A stretch of DNA of 64,000 bases from Klebsormidium nitens (Eukaryota > Plantae > Klebsormidiophyceae): assembly GCA_000708835.1 (NCBI GenBank), contig DF237178.1, positions 62,001 to 126,000 of the forward strand. The letters are read 5' to 3'. Positions 35,899 through 47,738 of this stretch are shown here, piece by piece. Under the pieces are notes generated by a model that saw only the letters and a list, made by a program, of their open reading frames with translations, had not been told where the DNA came from and made no database searches. The stretch's first letter is position 1, and each line of letters opens with the position of its first letter. Made by a program: the position numbers and the translations under genes.

Positions 35899-38800
35899 AT
35901 GCCCGGGACCCCCGCAGCTTCGAGGACCCCGGCCGGCCGGGCGCCCGCACCGTCAAAGCTCCCGAGATTTCAGAAGGCCCGGCCCCCAACAATTCGGACA
36001 ATGCTTCTGCCGGACGATTATGACGACCTGAACCCAAACGGGGCACTGCCAGATCAACCCGCGTCAAACGAGGGTGACGGAGCTCGGAGTGTTGTGAGAG
36101 ATGTGTCGCCGGCCAAGAAGCGGGGGCCTCGTTCTGAAACCGGCCGACCAGAGGGCAGCAGCGGAACCCCGAGTAGAAAGAGTATCAAAGGGAACGCTGT
36201 GGAAAACGGTGCGCCAAAGTCGAAGCTGGGACAGGCGGAGACGGCGCCCCAGAAGCGGACCAGTAAGACCCCGACGGCGGCGGCAGCTAGCGCGTATGCA
36301 AGCCCGTATCGTCAACCTAAAGAAAAGCCGAAAGAGAAGCCCCGGGGACCAAAATCTGAGACCAGCCCGCTTTCAAATACAAGCCCGAGGAGCCCCGTGT
36401 CTCCCGGCGCCTTTTCCCAGAAGTCGAACGGAACTGCATACGATGAACCAGAACGGAAGCGGAATGGAACGGAAAACGGAACGGCGGGCCCTGAGTCAGC
36501 AATCAAGGCGCAGGTCGCGGAGGCGCTGCACGTGCTGGACCACTTGGAGGCGCATGCGGACGCGCTCGGGAGCCCGTCTGGAGCATACGGAGCGTCCGAA
36601 AAAGCGTTTGGGGCGTCCGAAAAGTCGTTCGGTGCGTCAGAAAAGAATTTCAACGCCAGTGGAAAGGCAATAAATGCGTCCGAAAAAGGGCACGGTGCTT
36701 CAGGCAGAGGGTTCGGGGCGTCCGAAAGTGTGGACGGGGTGAACGGTGTGATGTCATCTGGACGGGCTCCCAGAGGGGAGGTGAGGTCAGCACGGAGAGG
36801 AGGAGCGGCCGCAGCGTATGCGAGCAGGGTGAAGAAGAAAGCAGATGAGAAGAAGCAACTAGGGGCGAGGAAAGATCATGCGGTGCAGGTCGCTCGAGGA
36901 ATCATGCGGAAGGTGGGAAGTGCCCGCCATATCTGTTGGTGCGCTTGAGAATCTTGATCTCTGCTTCCTAATGAAATCTCTGCAAAGTTCAAGGCATCAA
37001 GGGTTCGCAAGAGAGAGCCAACTTCGTGAAAAAAAGCAGACCGCTGTTAAGGACCATCAGCTGACGGGTAGTGGGGATGGTTCAGAAAGTACCCTTTTAT
37101 ATTGACCATTCGCCCTGTTCCGTTAGGTCGGACCTAAGATGGGACAAAACCGACGTAAGCGGGATTGTTCCAAGACATCTTTGAGCTGCTAATTGCAGAA
37201 GGGCACGGTAAAACGCTTCTTTCAGGTTGCAACGAAAGCGGGCCGATGTTCAACGTATCCATCTTGAGTTGCCGCTGATTCAAGCCGCCTCAACTCCATA
37301 GGCATCGGGAATGCAGTTTGAAAGTTGCTTTCGACTCTGTTGAATGGTGCAGATGTACAGGAAAAATGTGGCCCTGGAGAAAGAGAACCGGGTCCTCAAG
37401 ACGGAGCTGTATGGACAGAAAAAGCGGGCCGGGGAGCTGGACTCGCCAAGGGGAGCGATGCAGGTGAGCCGAACATGGATTGATATCCACGTTTGTTTTG
37501 ACACGGGGACCTTTGCGGGCAAGGCAAAGGTGTCTCAAAGAAACAAGAAGGGAAGCTCCCAGGTAGCCCGGACTCTGCGTCTGGGGTTCTAAATTGAAGG
37601 ATGATCAGTTGTTTGATCCCCGCTTGGGATGTGAGCGGGCCTGATTGGATAGCCCATTGCAAGTGACTAGGTTTCTCAGAGAGTTTGAGCCACTGATGGC
37701 TCAGCCGTCAACAATCGAGAATTCTAAGAGATACCATCATTGCTAATGTAGAGAGGTTTGCCGAAGACGAGTGTTGCTCTGTGGGCGGGCGCTGATCCGA
37801 TCCGCTGAATCCAGGAAAAGATTTCAACGTCCACTCTTACGGTAGGAGAGGGACTTTACAATCGCCCAGCTGAAAGAAGTTCCGGCCCCGCTGTGAGGAT
37901 GTCTGCTGACGCGACCAGATCCTTTAGAAGACCTGAACGCGACTCCACTGAATCGATACAAGCCCTTCGACGTCCGTTCTTCCGCAGAAGAGGGACCGTG
38001 CGGTCGGCCACTTTAAGGAACCGATTGCAAAATGTGTCTGCTGAGGTGACAAGATCTTTCTCAAGCCCTGAGCGCCACTTTGTTGGATACGATACGAAAA
38101 CTTCGACGTCCCTTTTTCCAGGAAAGGGACCGTACGATCGCCCAGTTGAAGGAACTGATCGGGGAGCTCCAGGCGCGGCTGCGCAAGCACGAGGAGCCTT
38201 CCACTCGGGGCCGAAAGCACACCGCAAATCCCGCCGGGGATCACGGGGAGAGCTACAAGAAGCTGCGCGCAGATTACCAGCGGCTACTAACCACACGGAT
38301 AGACGTAAGTGGAAGAACCGTAAGAAAAAAGATGTAAAGTGAAGGATGTGAACGGAAATTGGAGGAGACTGAAGGGAAAATAGTATCAGCTGCGCACTTC
38401 GAGTCGAGCACAGCCTCAGGGAAGCGCCAAATCGAGTCGAAGCTTTGGACACGCGAGATACTGAAAGAAGACCCTGAGCGAGAGACAGGGGGCGGCAACG
38501 GCATGGCTCGAAGGACTTTATTGAAGAGGTTCGCTGCGTGAAGCATGAAATTCTTTCGGCCCAATATGCTCTTGCTTTATTAATGTCGTTACCGAACGGA
38601 AAGCCTCAGTTCTGGCCGCGGTGAGTTTATGGTTTATTCTCAACTGAAAGTCAAAGAGTCCTTCTGAAGAGGGTAACGTGGAGAGGTGTCTTGCGGAACC
38701 CAGATCTGGATAGCCAGACCACAGCCTAATCAGATTGCAGCGTGGATTGCGACGCTCAAATAGCCCTTTTCGTTGTCTATACAGGCGTTGCTCGTCTTTC

Positions 38801-40890
38801 TTCAATCGAGGCAAATCTGTGACTCGATCCAGTGGTGCGAAAGCTCTGTGGCCAATTTGAGAAAGATCTCTGAGGTTAGCGGAACTTGTACCCAGCCGAG
38901 AATCGAGTACGGAATCATGTTCTCGTTTGTAAACGCAGGCGGTCAAGAAGCGCGGGGGAGCAAATGAAGAGGTCACCAAGATGCTGTCCGACATGCGGGA
39001 GGTAAGGACGCGGGAAAGTCGGCTTGCCGTTTGTGCGTGATGTGTAGAAATTTTCATGCGTCGTGTCTTCAGATCCTTCGGATTCAGGTTCGCAGAACTG
39101 CCGAACGACGTCAAGCATCCAGACTATCCGAGAACTTTGAACACTTTCAATTTACGGTATAGAAGTATAAGGCACCGTAAAGAAGTAAGGTACGCGCAGA
39201 ACCGCCTCAACATTGGTTTCTTCATAGGGAACAGCGAGGAAGGCCTTCGCTGACCTTATTCAGGTCCAATCTAGACCGTTGGGATTGCCTTCTGAACGCC
39301 AAACAACAAGTTATCTCGAAGAGATAACGTCTCGAAGCTGTATGAAAGAGACGAGTCATGACCAGTCTGCCGAGCGCGGAGAAAGGAACGCTTCCACCGT
39401 TCCATTAAAGGCACCGTTCGCAGCCAACCTCGTCAGCATGCGGAACGGGTATTCAGGGCGGTTCCCTTGACTCCTAGCACTTTGGTCTCATCCGGGCCGT
39501 TACCAAATCCATTTTCGGCTCACGATAATTCTTGGCCCCTGTTTTCTGTAGCGACTGCTGCAAGAGACCGCGGAGCGCGAGACGGAGACCGCTCTGTTCA
39601 ACGCGCGGCTGTACGAGACGGAGCAGCAAAACGCGGACTGGTGAGCGCGGGGTTTTGTCCCAAAAAGGCGCCGCTTACAAACCAGCGCTTCCTATTCTGC
39701 TAGGTTGACATGTTGAAAACAACAAACGGTCTCGGGTTTTTGATCCCAGTCTCGTTACAGAGTGTAATTAGAAGGCAATGTCGGAATCTTAATCTTCAAA
39801 CGGTCGTGTTCACTAAGGGATGCATATTGCCGTGTGACACAACCTCTTCAAATCCATCGAGAAGGGTTGATCGCCTTCATTATCGAGCTCGGGGGTCGTG
39901 TCGCGTCCCTTTCTGGCTGCAGTACTACGAAGAAAGAAACCTGTCTTCCCACTGGGCAGAACTTAGAGCAGCTTTGACGCGAATGGCGGTGAAAACCTAA
40001 CATCCAGAATCTTGTCCAGACATTTCTGAGAATGAGAACGACTTCAGTACGGTTGCTTCCGTGGTTTGCAGGTACGTTGAGAAGAAGTTGCTGGAGCAGC
40101 ACATCATGAAACTAGAGGGGGAGCTGCTCGAGCGGGACCAAATCGACCAACAAATTGAGTGAGTTTGAGTTTCCCTCAATCAGTTATTCTACTCGTTTCA
40201 TGGTTCGTAGATTTCGGGGATGTGGAGATGCCGTATCCAGACAGAAGACCTGAATCCAGGATTTTTTTTGCTCGACTCAATCTCCATCCAAACCCTCGTC
40301 CCCAATCTTTACCCCCCACCTAACCCCACCAGCCCTGGGGGGGCCACCAAACAACTCCTTGAGGCGCCAATCTCAGTTCAACTCGGCAACAGCGCTACGC
40401 AACGAAGAGAATGAAATGCATTTCATTCTCTTCGAAATGCCACGAGACAACTCGCACGCTTCTCAATCATTCATGAGCGATCGGGGTTTGGCTCTTTTGC
40501 GTCGTTAGAGCTGATATTTCATATGGGCTCTCCTCTCGAAGATGAGCTGTCCCAAGTTTATGTAAGTCCTCTGTGCGAAGCACGCACTTGGTACTATCAG
40601 GGAGCCTGTGCAAACGGTAGAGCCCCCAAAAACATATGCACGTTTCCAATCCTTTCGTAAGAGTACGTCGAACGTGCGCCCAACGTGCGCATCCCTTTCT
40701 CGATCGCCACCGAGCTAACGGAGGCACCGTTCCGTTTCCGTTTCGCAGGGCGTGCATCGGGTCGCTGTTCGAGCGGATGCAGATCCTGGAGCGCACCAAC
40801 CAGGAGCTCAACGACATGGCCGCGCACTACTCCCAGGTCGCCGAGGCGACCTCCCCAACCGCGGCCGCGGCCGCGGCCGCGCCAGGATGA
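35899..40890 (+). CDS. Uncharacterised protein (~560 aa): disordered N-terminus, coiled-coil C-terminus
   Basis: Phase-consistent exons 35899-36912, 37353-37463, 38122-38304, 38939-39001, 39552-39640, 40072-40158, 40749-40890. Heptad-rich segments such as ERDRTIAQLKELIGELQARLRK and LLEQHIMKLEGELLERDQIDQQIE. No family recognised. Confidence 0.82.
36589..36726 (+). repeat. Coding 21-bp tandem repeat, 6-7 x GASEKxF
   Basis: GASEKAF GASEKSF GASEKNF NASGKAI NASEKGH GASGRGF GASE. Confidence 0.85.
37811..38030 (+). repeat. Two decayed intronic copies of the acceptor + start of the exon at 38122
   Basis: cttcgacgtccgttcttccgcagaagagggaccgtgcggtcggcc and tttcaacgtccactcttacggtaggagagggactttacaatcgcccagctgaaagaa versus the real cttcgacgtccctttttccaggaaagggaccgtacgatcgcccagttgaaggaa. 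Confidence 0.8.
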
Positions 40891-42315
40891 CGTCATCAGG
40901 GTTTGGGTATTGTCAGCGAACAGGATAGTCACCAGTCGTATCGTGTACAGAACCATTCTTTGTGACCCCGGGCTTCGAATCTGGCAGCCTGGGGCGCCCG
41001 GTGATTTCCCACCGGCGGCGATTTGTCGAATAAGGTCTGCGGAGAAGAGAGTCTGTAGACGGGCAGTATGGAATCTTTGTCGAGTAGAAGATGGTAAATG
41101 AAGGACGGTCCGCTATTGACGACCAGGACGGATCACTGGCAGTGAAAGCGAGCGCCCGGCAAACTTGGGTTCCCTAGAAAGAACCGAGGGAACAGTCTCA
41201 GGGACGTACTACTACCCCGAGGGTCGGCGATGTTATGATCCCGCTTCGACATTGAGCACCCCGAATTTCATGCAAATTCGATCCGGTGTGATCTTAAACC
41301 TGCACCTGCTGAAGGTTGTCGTGCTGAGATGTCTTTTCTGGGTCGCACTCGAATTGCTGAACTTTTCATTCGAATCCACACCCAATCGTGATTATGTTTC
41401 TGGACATTCTTTGGTTGCACGAGCGGCCAGACTCGTTTCGATCAGAGGAAATTCGACGCTGTGAAAGCATTGCTGCACAGTGGTCTTCAAACCCGGTCTG
41501 CATGTTTGATCACAAAGGAGCTTGCATCTAATTTCAAAAAGCGTATACCAATTCGTGCGTACAACACAAGTGATTGACAAGTCCGATCAACGTTGGCTCC
41601 GGCGCACTTGGTGTGTTCTCTTATACAGTTCTCATATTAACGAGAGGATCCCAAAATCTGCTCGGTTGATGAAAGCACAACCAAATTAGAAGCAAAGTTG
41701 GAAGATGAGGCAGGATCTTCGAAAAACATTCGAATGTTTAGCTCATAGAACGGCGCAGCGAGGGCGATAGTACACAGCCCCCGGAGAACCGTACAAGCCT
41801 GCTCGATCAAACCTCTCTAATTGTCGTAGGCAGCAGGCTTCAACCATAGAGTCATTTAGAGGCTTCAGGCTTGCATGGTACTCTGAATGAGCGAGGATTC
41901 CGGCTCCGCGCTCCGTCAATCCGCGGACGGGAGGATCGGACACGGACACGGACAGTGATTTGGGCGACCGACATCAACCGTCCCGAGTCCAAGGATTAGT
42001 CACCGGCCGCGCCGCACCGGGCGTTCAACTGCGCGACTTCGATCCCCGGGCGGTCCGTGTACACCGGGATGTTCGAGCGATACGCGACCTTCCGGATTCC
42101 GCTGTGCAGAGTTCCGCCCGCCAACAGCCTGGGCCTGCCAGGCTATATTGCCGTCTCCGATCGAGATCTGACAATTCTCTCGTTTGCAGAGCATAAATTC
42201 GCATTCATTCCCAAGCTCTGGAAAAGAAGGCTAAACTTAAAGTAGGTAGCAGCCGCCAAGACTTCCGCTGTATGGCGCTTGGTTGCTTGAGGACGGCACG
42301 CACTAGTGCCCAGCG

Positions 42316-45300
42316 ATGTCCGCTTTCTTTGGATCCCCGGCGCGCGCCAGCTTTTTAGTAGGAAGTTCTGACAAGGATCTCAAAGACACCGGCCTACTTT
42401 CCCAAGACCGCAAAGGAGTCCAGTCTACAATGGATAAGCAATCAACTCCGGAGGCCAAGTCTCCAGCTAAGCGGCGCGGGTGGACTGGTTCACCTTTTAG
42501 AAAGCGGGCCCAGAACCAGTCATCTGTTGAGGGGGGCACTTTGCAGAGGTTGGTCGAAGGGGATGACGTTGCGACGAGTTCTGAGGGAGTGGTTGATGAA
42601 AACAGCGGGGACCCGTCTGTGCAAGAGCGCTCTTCCTTGGATGGGGGATCAATGGATCAGCGGAGCCTGGCCATGAGTATGGAATTCTTTGATGCCGAGG
42701 AGGCCTTGGAATGTAAGCTTACCGCTGACATCTTTTCAGATCACTGAATCATCCGGCACACAGCGACGTGTTCTGGGAGTTCCATTCCTCCTTGTTGGTC
42801 ACAGGGTGTACTTTTAGTCTTTCCAGATCTTGGGGTAAATGAAGGTGATCAGTTTTGTAAACAGTCACATGAGTGATTGCTGAGTTGGACCAAGCTCTGT
42901 TCTTATTGCAAAGTAAATCACACAGGTGGTCAAGTAGCAGACAGAGTGGCTGCACATGACGAAATCTTGGCCGTCTGATGAACTTAAACTGCTGCACTCT
43001 GGAAGGTGGCGGCCACTGCTCCAATGGCTCCAGGACGTAGGGTATTGTTTAAAGGTACTTTGGGAGCTGACTTAGGCTGGTTGGTGTTTGGTAATCTGTA
43101 AAATGTATCTTTGTTGAGCCCCCGCTTTAGCGACTGCCACTTTTTCGTCAATCGATCTCTGGTCTACACGACTATCAGGAAACGTGGAGATTGCTTCTTA
43201 TCATAGACCCTGAGTGGTGTTGGTGTTTTGGTGTTGCTTGTTTGAGTGGCCAGAGTGTGATTCAAGTCGGTTAGCGGAGTCCAAAGGTGTCTGGTCAATC
43301 ACTCTGGTCAACCAGCTTTCACTTCCTTTTAATAGAAACCAGCAGCGAGCTAGAGCCGCTTCACTTGATGTCATTCGCCTGTCCCACAACACATTTCTAA
43401 AGATTACAGGTTCAGCCTATATGGGACTGTTATCTACATTCTAACAGTACCGCAACCTCTAACGTCAACCCGGTCTACTTTACCTCTCTCCGCAACTTAA
43501 TTCGTTTGACCTTGATTGCCTTTGCATTTCAATCACATCATCGTTCTGTCTCCCTTGCAGCCCTAAAGGGGGAAAGAGGTTCCACCTGATGACAGAGGCC
43601 ACAACAAGATCTGTGGCTTTATGCTCCTTCTCCTGCAAAACGTAATCTGTTCTCGCAATGTTCTCTTATGTCAGCCTGACAAGAATTTTTCAAGTGCCGT
43701 CGCGTGAGCCAGCCCGCCTCCTGCTTGGATGCCTTTGGTTTATTTTCCACCGATTTCATTGCTAACCCCTCGCATTATCCCCTGACGTCAGCCTGATGTT
43801 AGCTCCTTCTGCCCTAGTAGCGGCATCTGACGTAAGCACGTGGCTGGCGGCAGCCTGGGCCTGCTTCCATCCTGCCAACCCAAAGTGAAGCTAATTTATT
43901 GCATTCTGCCCGCTGATGTCAGCCTGATGTCAACACATCTTTGGCCGCAGCCGCATCTGACATCAGCACGCAGCCCGACGACAGCCTGGGCCTGCGGGAG
44001 CGCCTGCAGCAGGAAATCCGCACGCGCGTTCTCGCCCAAGAAGCGCTCGCGGCGCTCCAAGCGGAGCGCAACGAACTTCTGAGGCGGTTGGAGCAGTCTC
44101 AGACAGTGCAAGGTGCGGCGGAGAACCCCACGGAAGGTGCCACTGGTAGTCTCTCGGAAGGTACTGTGGAAACGCCATTGGGAGATGAAATTGACAACCC
44201 CTCGGAAGCTGCTGTGATTAGTTCGCAGGGAGACATTAGGAAAGCGACGGAGGACAGTGAAGGCGCTGCAGATAAGCAGGCGGAGGGTCTTGATAAGCCT
44301 GCGGAAGGTGCTCACATTTTGTTGGAGAGAACGGATCTTGAAGGAGCGGAGGTGGTTGAGGACGCAAAAAAGGCTGGTGAGAGCGGCGACGGAGATTGCG
44401 AGATGGGGGGTGGCTCTGCGGGGCCAGAAGTCCCAACCGACCAGAATGCGGATCCACCGGAGTCGTCCAGCGAGCTGGGAATGCTAGACGGCGGCTCAGC
44501 AACGAATCCAGGTACGGAAGCAGGGGTGAACGGGGAGGGGGGTCAGGTCCCCCCTGAAGCGCAGGCTGGGCCGTCGGGGGCCCCGAAGGCGGGGTTTGCG
44601 TCATCTTTATCGGAGGGGAAGGACAGCGCACTTGCAGAGGGGGGCCTGAGGGAGGCGCTCGCGAAGAAGGACTCAGAGATTGCGCGGTTGAAGGAGAAGC
44701 TGGTCTACTGGGACCGGGTCAACGAGGAGTACCGGGTGCAAAGAGAGGAGGCAAAGGGTGAGTGGTTGCGTGTTAAATTAATTCTCGAGCCATTTTCCTT
44801 CTTGAGATTGTCTCGCAGGTTTGCGGTGGAACGATTGACGGAAACGAACACGTAGATTTCCGCTTGTGTCCGATTGCGATCTGGGGAGCGTTGCTGACGT
44901 GGGGAGGACTGGGCCCATGTCGATTCTGACGTAGTTACAGACGAATCTGGAGCCTGTCTTTCCTAACTCTTTACTCAATCACCCGTTGTTCGAGCGTTAC
45001 ACGAGTTGTTTGTTCTGAAAGTCAGACGTTCTGGAGCCAGTTCAACGTGGTACTGCTGTTAGGACTGCTGGACATACGATTTGCTGGTAACTGGTTCAAC
45101 AAGCATGCCGTTGTCATCGAATCGGATGCTCTCCAATAGTGTAGCGCTGCTTGTCGATCGAACCTTTCGCTCAGCAGCATTTAGCTCTGACCGGATATTG
45201 GTACGGTGCTCTTCTATTTCCGAAGCCAAGGGCAATCTTCTCCATCCTGGGACGCCGTGTCTTGTTGTCAAGACGACAAAGGGCGACGTGTCTGTTCTCC

Positions 45301-45738
45301 GTTCTGGCTGTCTGCCTACGGCAGTCTCCAAGAAGGACTAAACGCAGCGAGTTTCGTGCTTCGAAAGTACAAAAGGCAGGGAGCAACGTGTCTTCATGGA
45401 AAAGGTCCGAGCTCCTCGTTAACCTAAGGTTTTGGGTGCATTTTGGCTGCGTTTTCGGTGCCTAACTCGGTCCTTCATGATGTGCAGAAAAGAAACGGGA
45501 GGCCCGGAGACGATACCAAAGGCGGCGGGCGTGGACCATAGGTCTGCTGGGCGGAACTGTTGGATTGTGCATACTCGGAGGCGCAGTCTACGGTGCTTAT
45601 CAGTACTGGGATGGTGACACCCCCTTCTTTGCAGCAGCTGAGTCTGATGAGAAGTCGTCAGCAGCCGCGCCGAGTTCGTCTGATGTTGTATTAGAGGAAA
45701 GTGGATCTTCACGTGTTGCGGTTAATAAACAGTCATGA
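42316..45738 (+). CDS. Uncharacterised acidic coiled-coil protein (~435 aa) with a canonical FFAT motif
   Basis: Exons 42316-42712, 43951-44757, 45635-45738 join in phase (1,1). EFFDAEE at 42682-42702; coiled-coil-like LRERLQQEIRTRVLAQEALAALQAERNELLRRLEQ and LREALAKKDSEIARLKEKL. Confidence 0.75.
43772..43864 (+). repeat. Intronic echo of the acceptor + exon start at 43901-43995
   Basis: ctgacgtcagcctgatgt...gcggcatctgacgtaagcacg...cagcctgggcctgc versus ctgatgtcagcctgatgt...gccgcatctgacatcagcacg...cagcctgggcctgc. Confidence 0.8.
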
Positions 45739-47738
45739 GTACAGAATAGTGTACATAATACTGATAGTGATGATAGAGGTACGTCAATATTGGACCAGGT
45801 TCTTGGTAAAGTTTGTATGATCTGGATGGACTCGCCTGCCAAGAGTTGACAAGCTGCCGAATCGAATACTTTCAGTATGTATCATGGCACGAATCACGCA
45901 CGACTGCCATGTATGAACACAAGTTTGTCCTGACCCGAGTCGAATATGATGCGCAAACAGTCAGTGTGGACTCTGCCCGCTCAATGCAGGCTGGGCCGCC
46001 ACGTACCGCTGGAGACTGGTTGTCTCGCCGGCAGCCCGACCGAACCAAGATCAAGCCCAATTGTAGGTGTCGAAATCCGATTCTTAGTTCGCACATTCTT
46101 GAAAGGCTGGTCCCTGTTTGTACGGTTAAGTGTCATTATCGAGCCGCAACGACTCAAAAGTGCACCTCAACAACATTTCGGTTTGAAGGCCCTGGCCGGA
46201 AGCTCCACAAACTGAGCCAGGATCCGTCTTGCGCGCGCGCGCATATATATCAAACGGGAGAAATATAGTGATAGAGGCGAGGGTAATTTGTCGAGGTTGG
46301 TTCGACCACGCAACCATTCCAGTACCTAGTGCATTGCAACTTCGGTGGTGGAGAAACGAAGAGCTAGCGAGAGAAGGAAGATGCAGTATTGTTCAAGCTG
46401 GAATCATTCTTCCACTCTGAAAAAGTCTCGACTTTTAAAACTCAGTGTGCACCATTGCGGCCCGCTCCTTGACGATTTGCTCATGACGAACAAATGGAGC
46501 AAGCTTAGTCCGATACTACTGTGGTCTGCGCAATTCGCATCACAAGGCTGATGTGCAGCACTTCGAATCTTACAACGCTTGTGCATATTCTGAAGGCATA
46601 CGGCTGATGACATGTCTACATCCTGCCCTCATCCTGCACCAGCAAACTTAAGCTCGAGTCCATATACTTATGCTGGCGATTGTAGGGGGAGTACGTACTC
46701 GGACCTGGAGGTAACTGTCACGATTTCTTGGCACAGTGAATCTTGGGGCCTGCAGTAGTCTGGCATCCGATACTTCCGATTAGGTATTGGATCGCAAGGT
46801 TCGACCCCGGTTCGACTTATCTTTATATCTTCTGACCCCGGCGCAGATATGAAACGAACTTCTTCTTTCTTGTTCGGTCCCGCCAGGCCCTTCGGCCCTC
46901 ATGGGGCCGCCGTGCACATGCAGGAGAGTTGGGAGGACGAATCACCACAGCAATACATCAAGCTACTAGTCTCTTTACTTAGTCTGTCCCGAGCTACCTT
47001 TTTGGGAAAGCAAACTCGCCCATGAAAACGTGTGTTTAAGTACGATCATCCCACTAGCTGCCACTGAGCCAGGCTTGCCGTCAATCCTTCAACGAGCCGC
47101 CACTCAATGATATTGAGGTTATGCAGGATGTCAGCACATTATTGTCGGAGGGCCGGTTGCCGAGATTCTTCAGTCGACGAAATACTTTAGGGAAGGGGTT
47201 TGAATTCCTCGTTTCCTTCAACGTCCAAATGCAACCGCTCAGTCAGTGCTTTAGTTCCGGCGAGACGGCAACATCGCCTTCTTCCTTCACTGGGCCGTCA
47301 ACTTGAAGCCTGGGCAATGGCGCATCTTGGGCTAGCTTTTCGATCGAAAGGCCCAAAGGGTAATTGAGCAGCTCCGTACCGCGCACTGCATCTCTGCATG
47401 TCGAATCGATTGCGGTAGACTGGGGCCAAACTGTTTGCCCCAATCTCCCAATGGGAACGCGCCTCAGACGTGCGCCAATTCGACAGGAGCATTTCCGAGG
47501 TGAGATTTCCGGTGGTTCCGCTGTTCCGGTAGACGACCGGAAAACTCGATTCTGGGCGCAGCGCGCGCTTAAAATTCAATAGCTGGCCATGGGCCAGGCC
47601 GGTGGATGCAGTGCCTGGTGGATGATCCCCTTCTTCCCCCCCTCTCTACATTCCTACAAATTCAATACGTGGTGTTTTGCAGATTCACAGCGCCCCTGAA
47701 GGGTTGAAGGGGAACAGCTTGACCTTTGAATTTGGACG

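Noticed and set aside
41000-42250. GC-rich coding-like stretches on both strands (e.g. minus LLAGGTLHSGIRKVAYRSNIPVYTDRPG)
   Set aside because: No start-to-stop phase-consistent model or recognisable domain; could be UTR or promoter of neighbouring genes.
46745-46915. tRNA/SINE-like look: GGTTCGACCCC B-box-like motif, a 9-bp hairpin (atccgatac/gtattggat) and gggcctg...caggccc pairing
   Set aside because: No T-stem or cloverleaf can be formed and it matches no snRNA, 5S or SRP sequence I know; a tRNAscan-SE/Infernal run would settle it.
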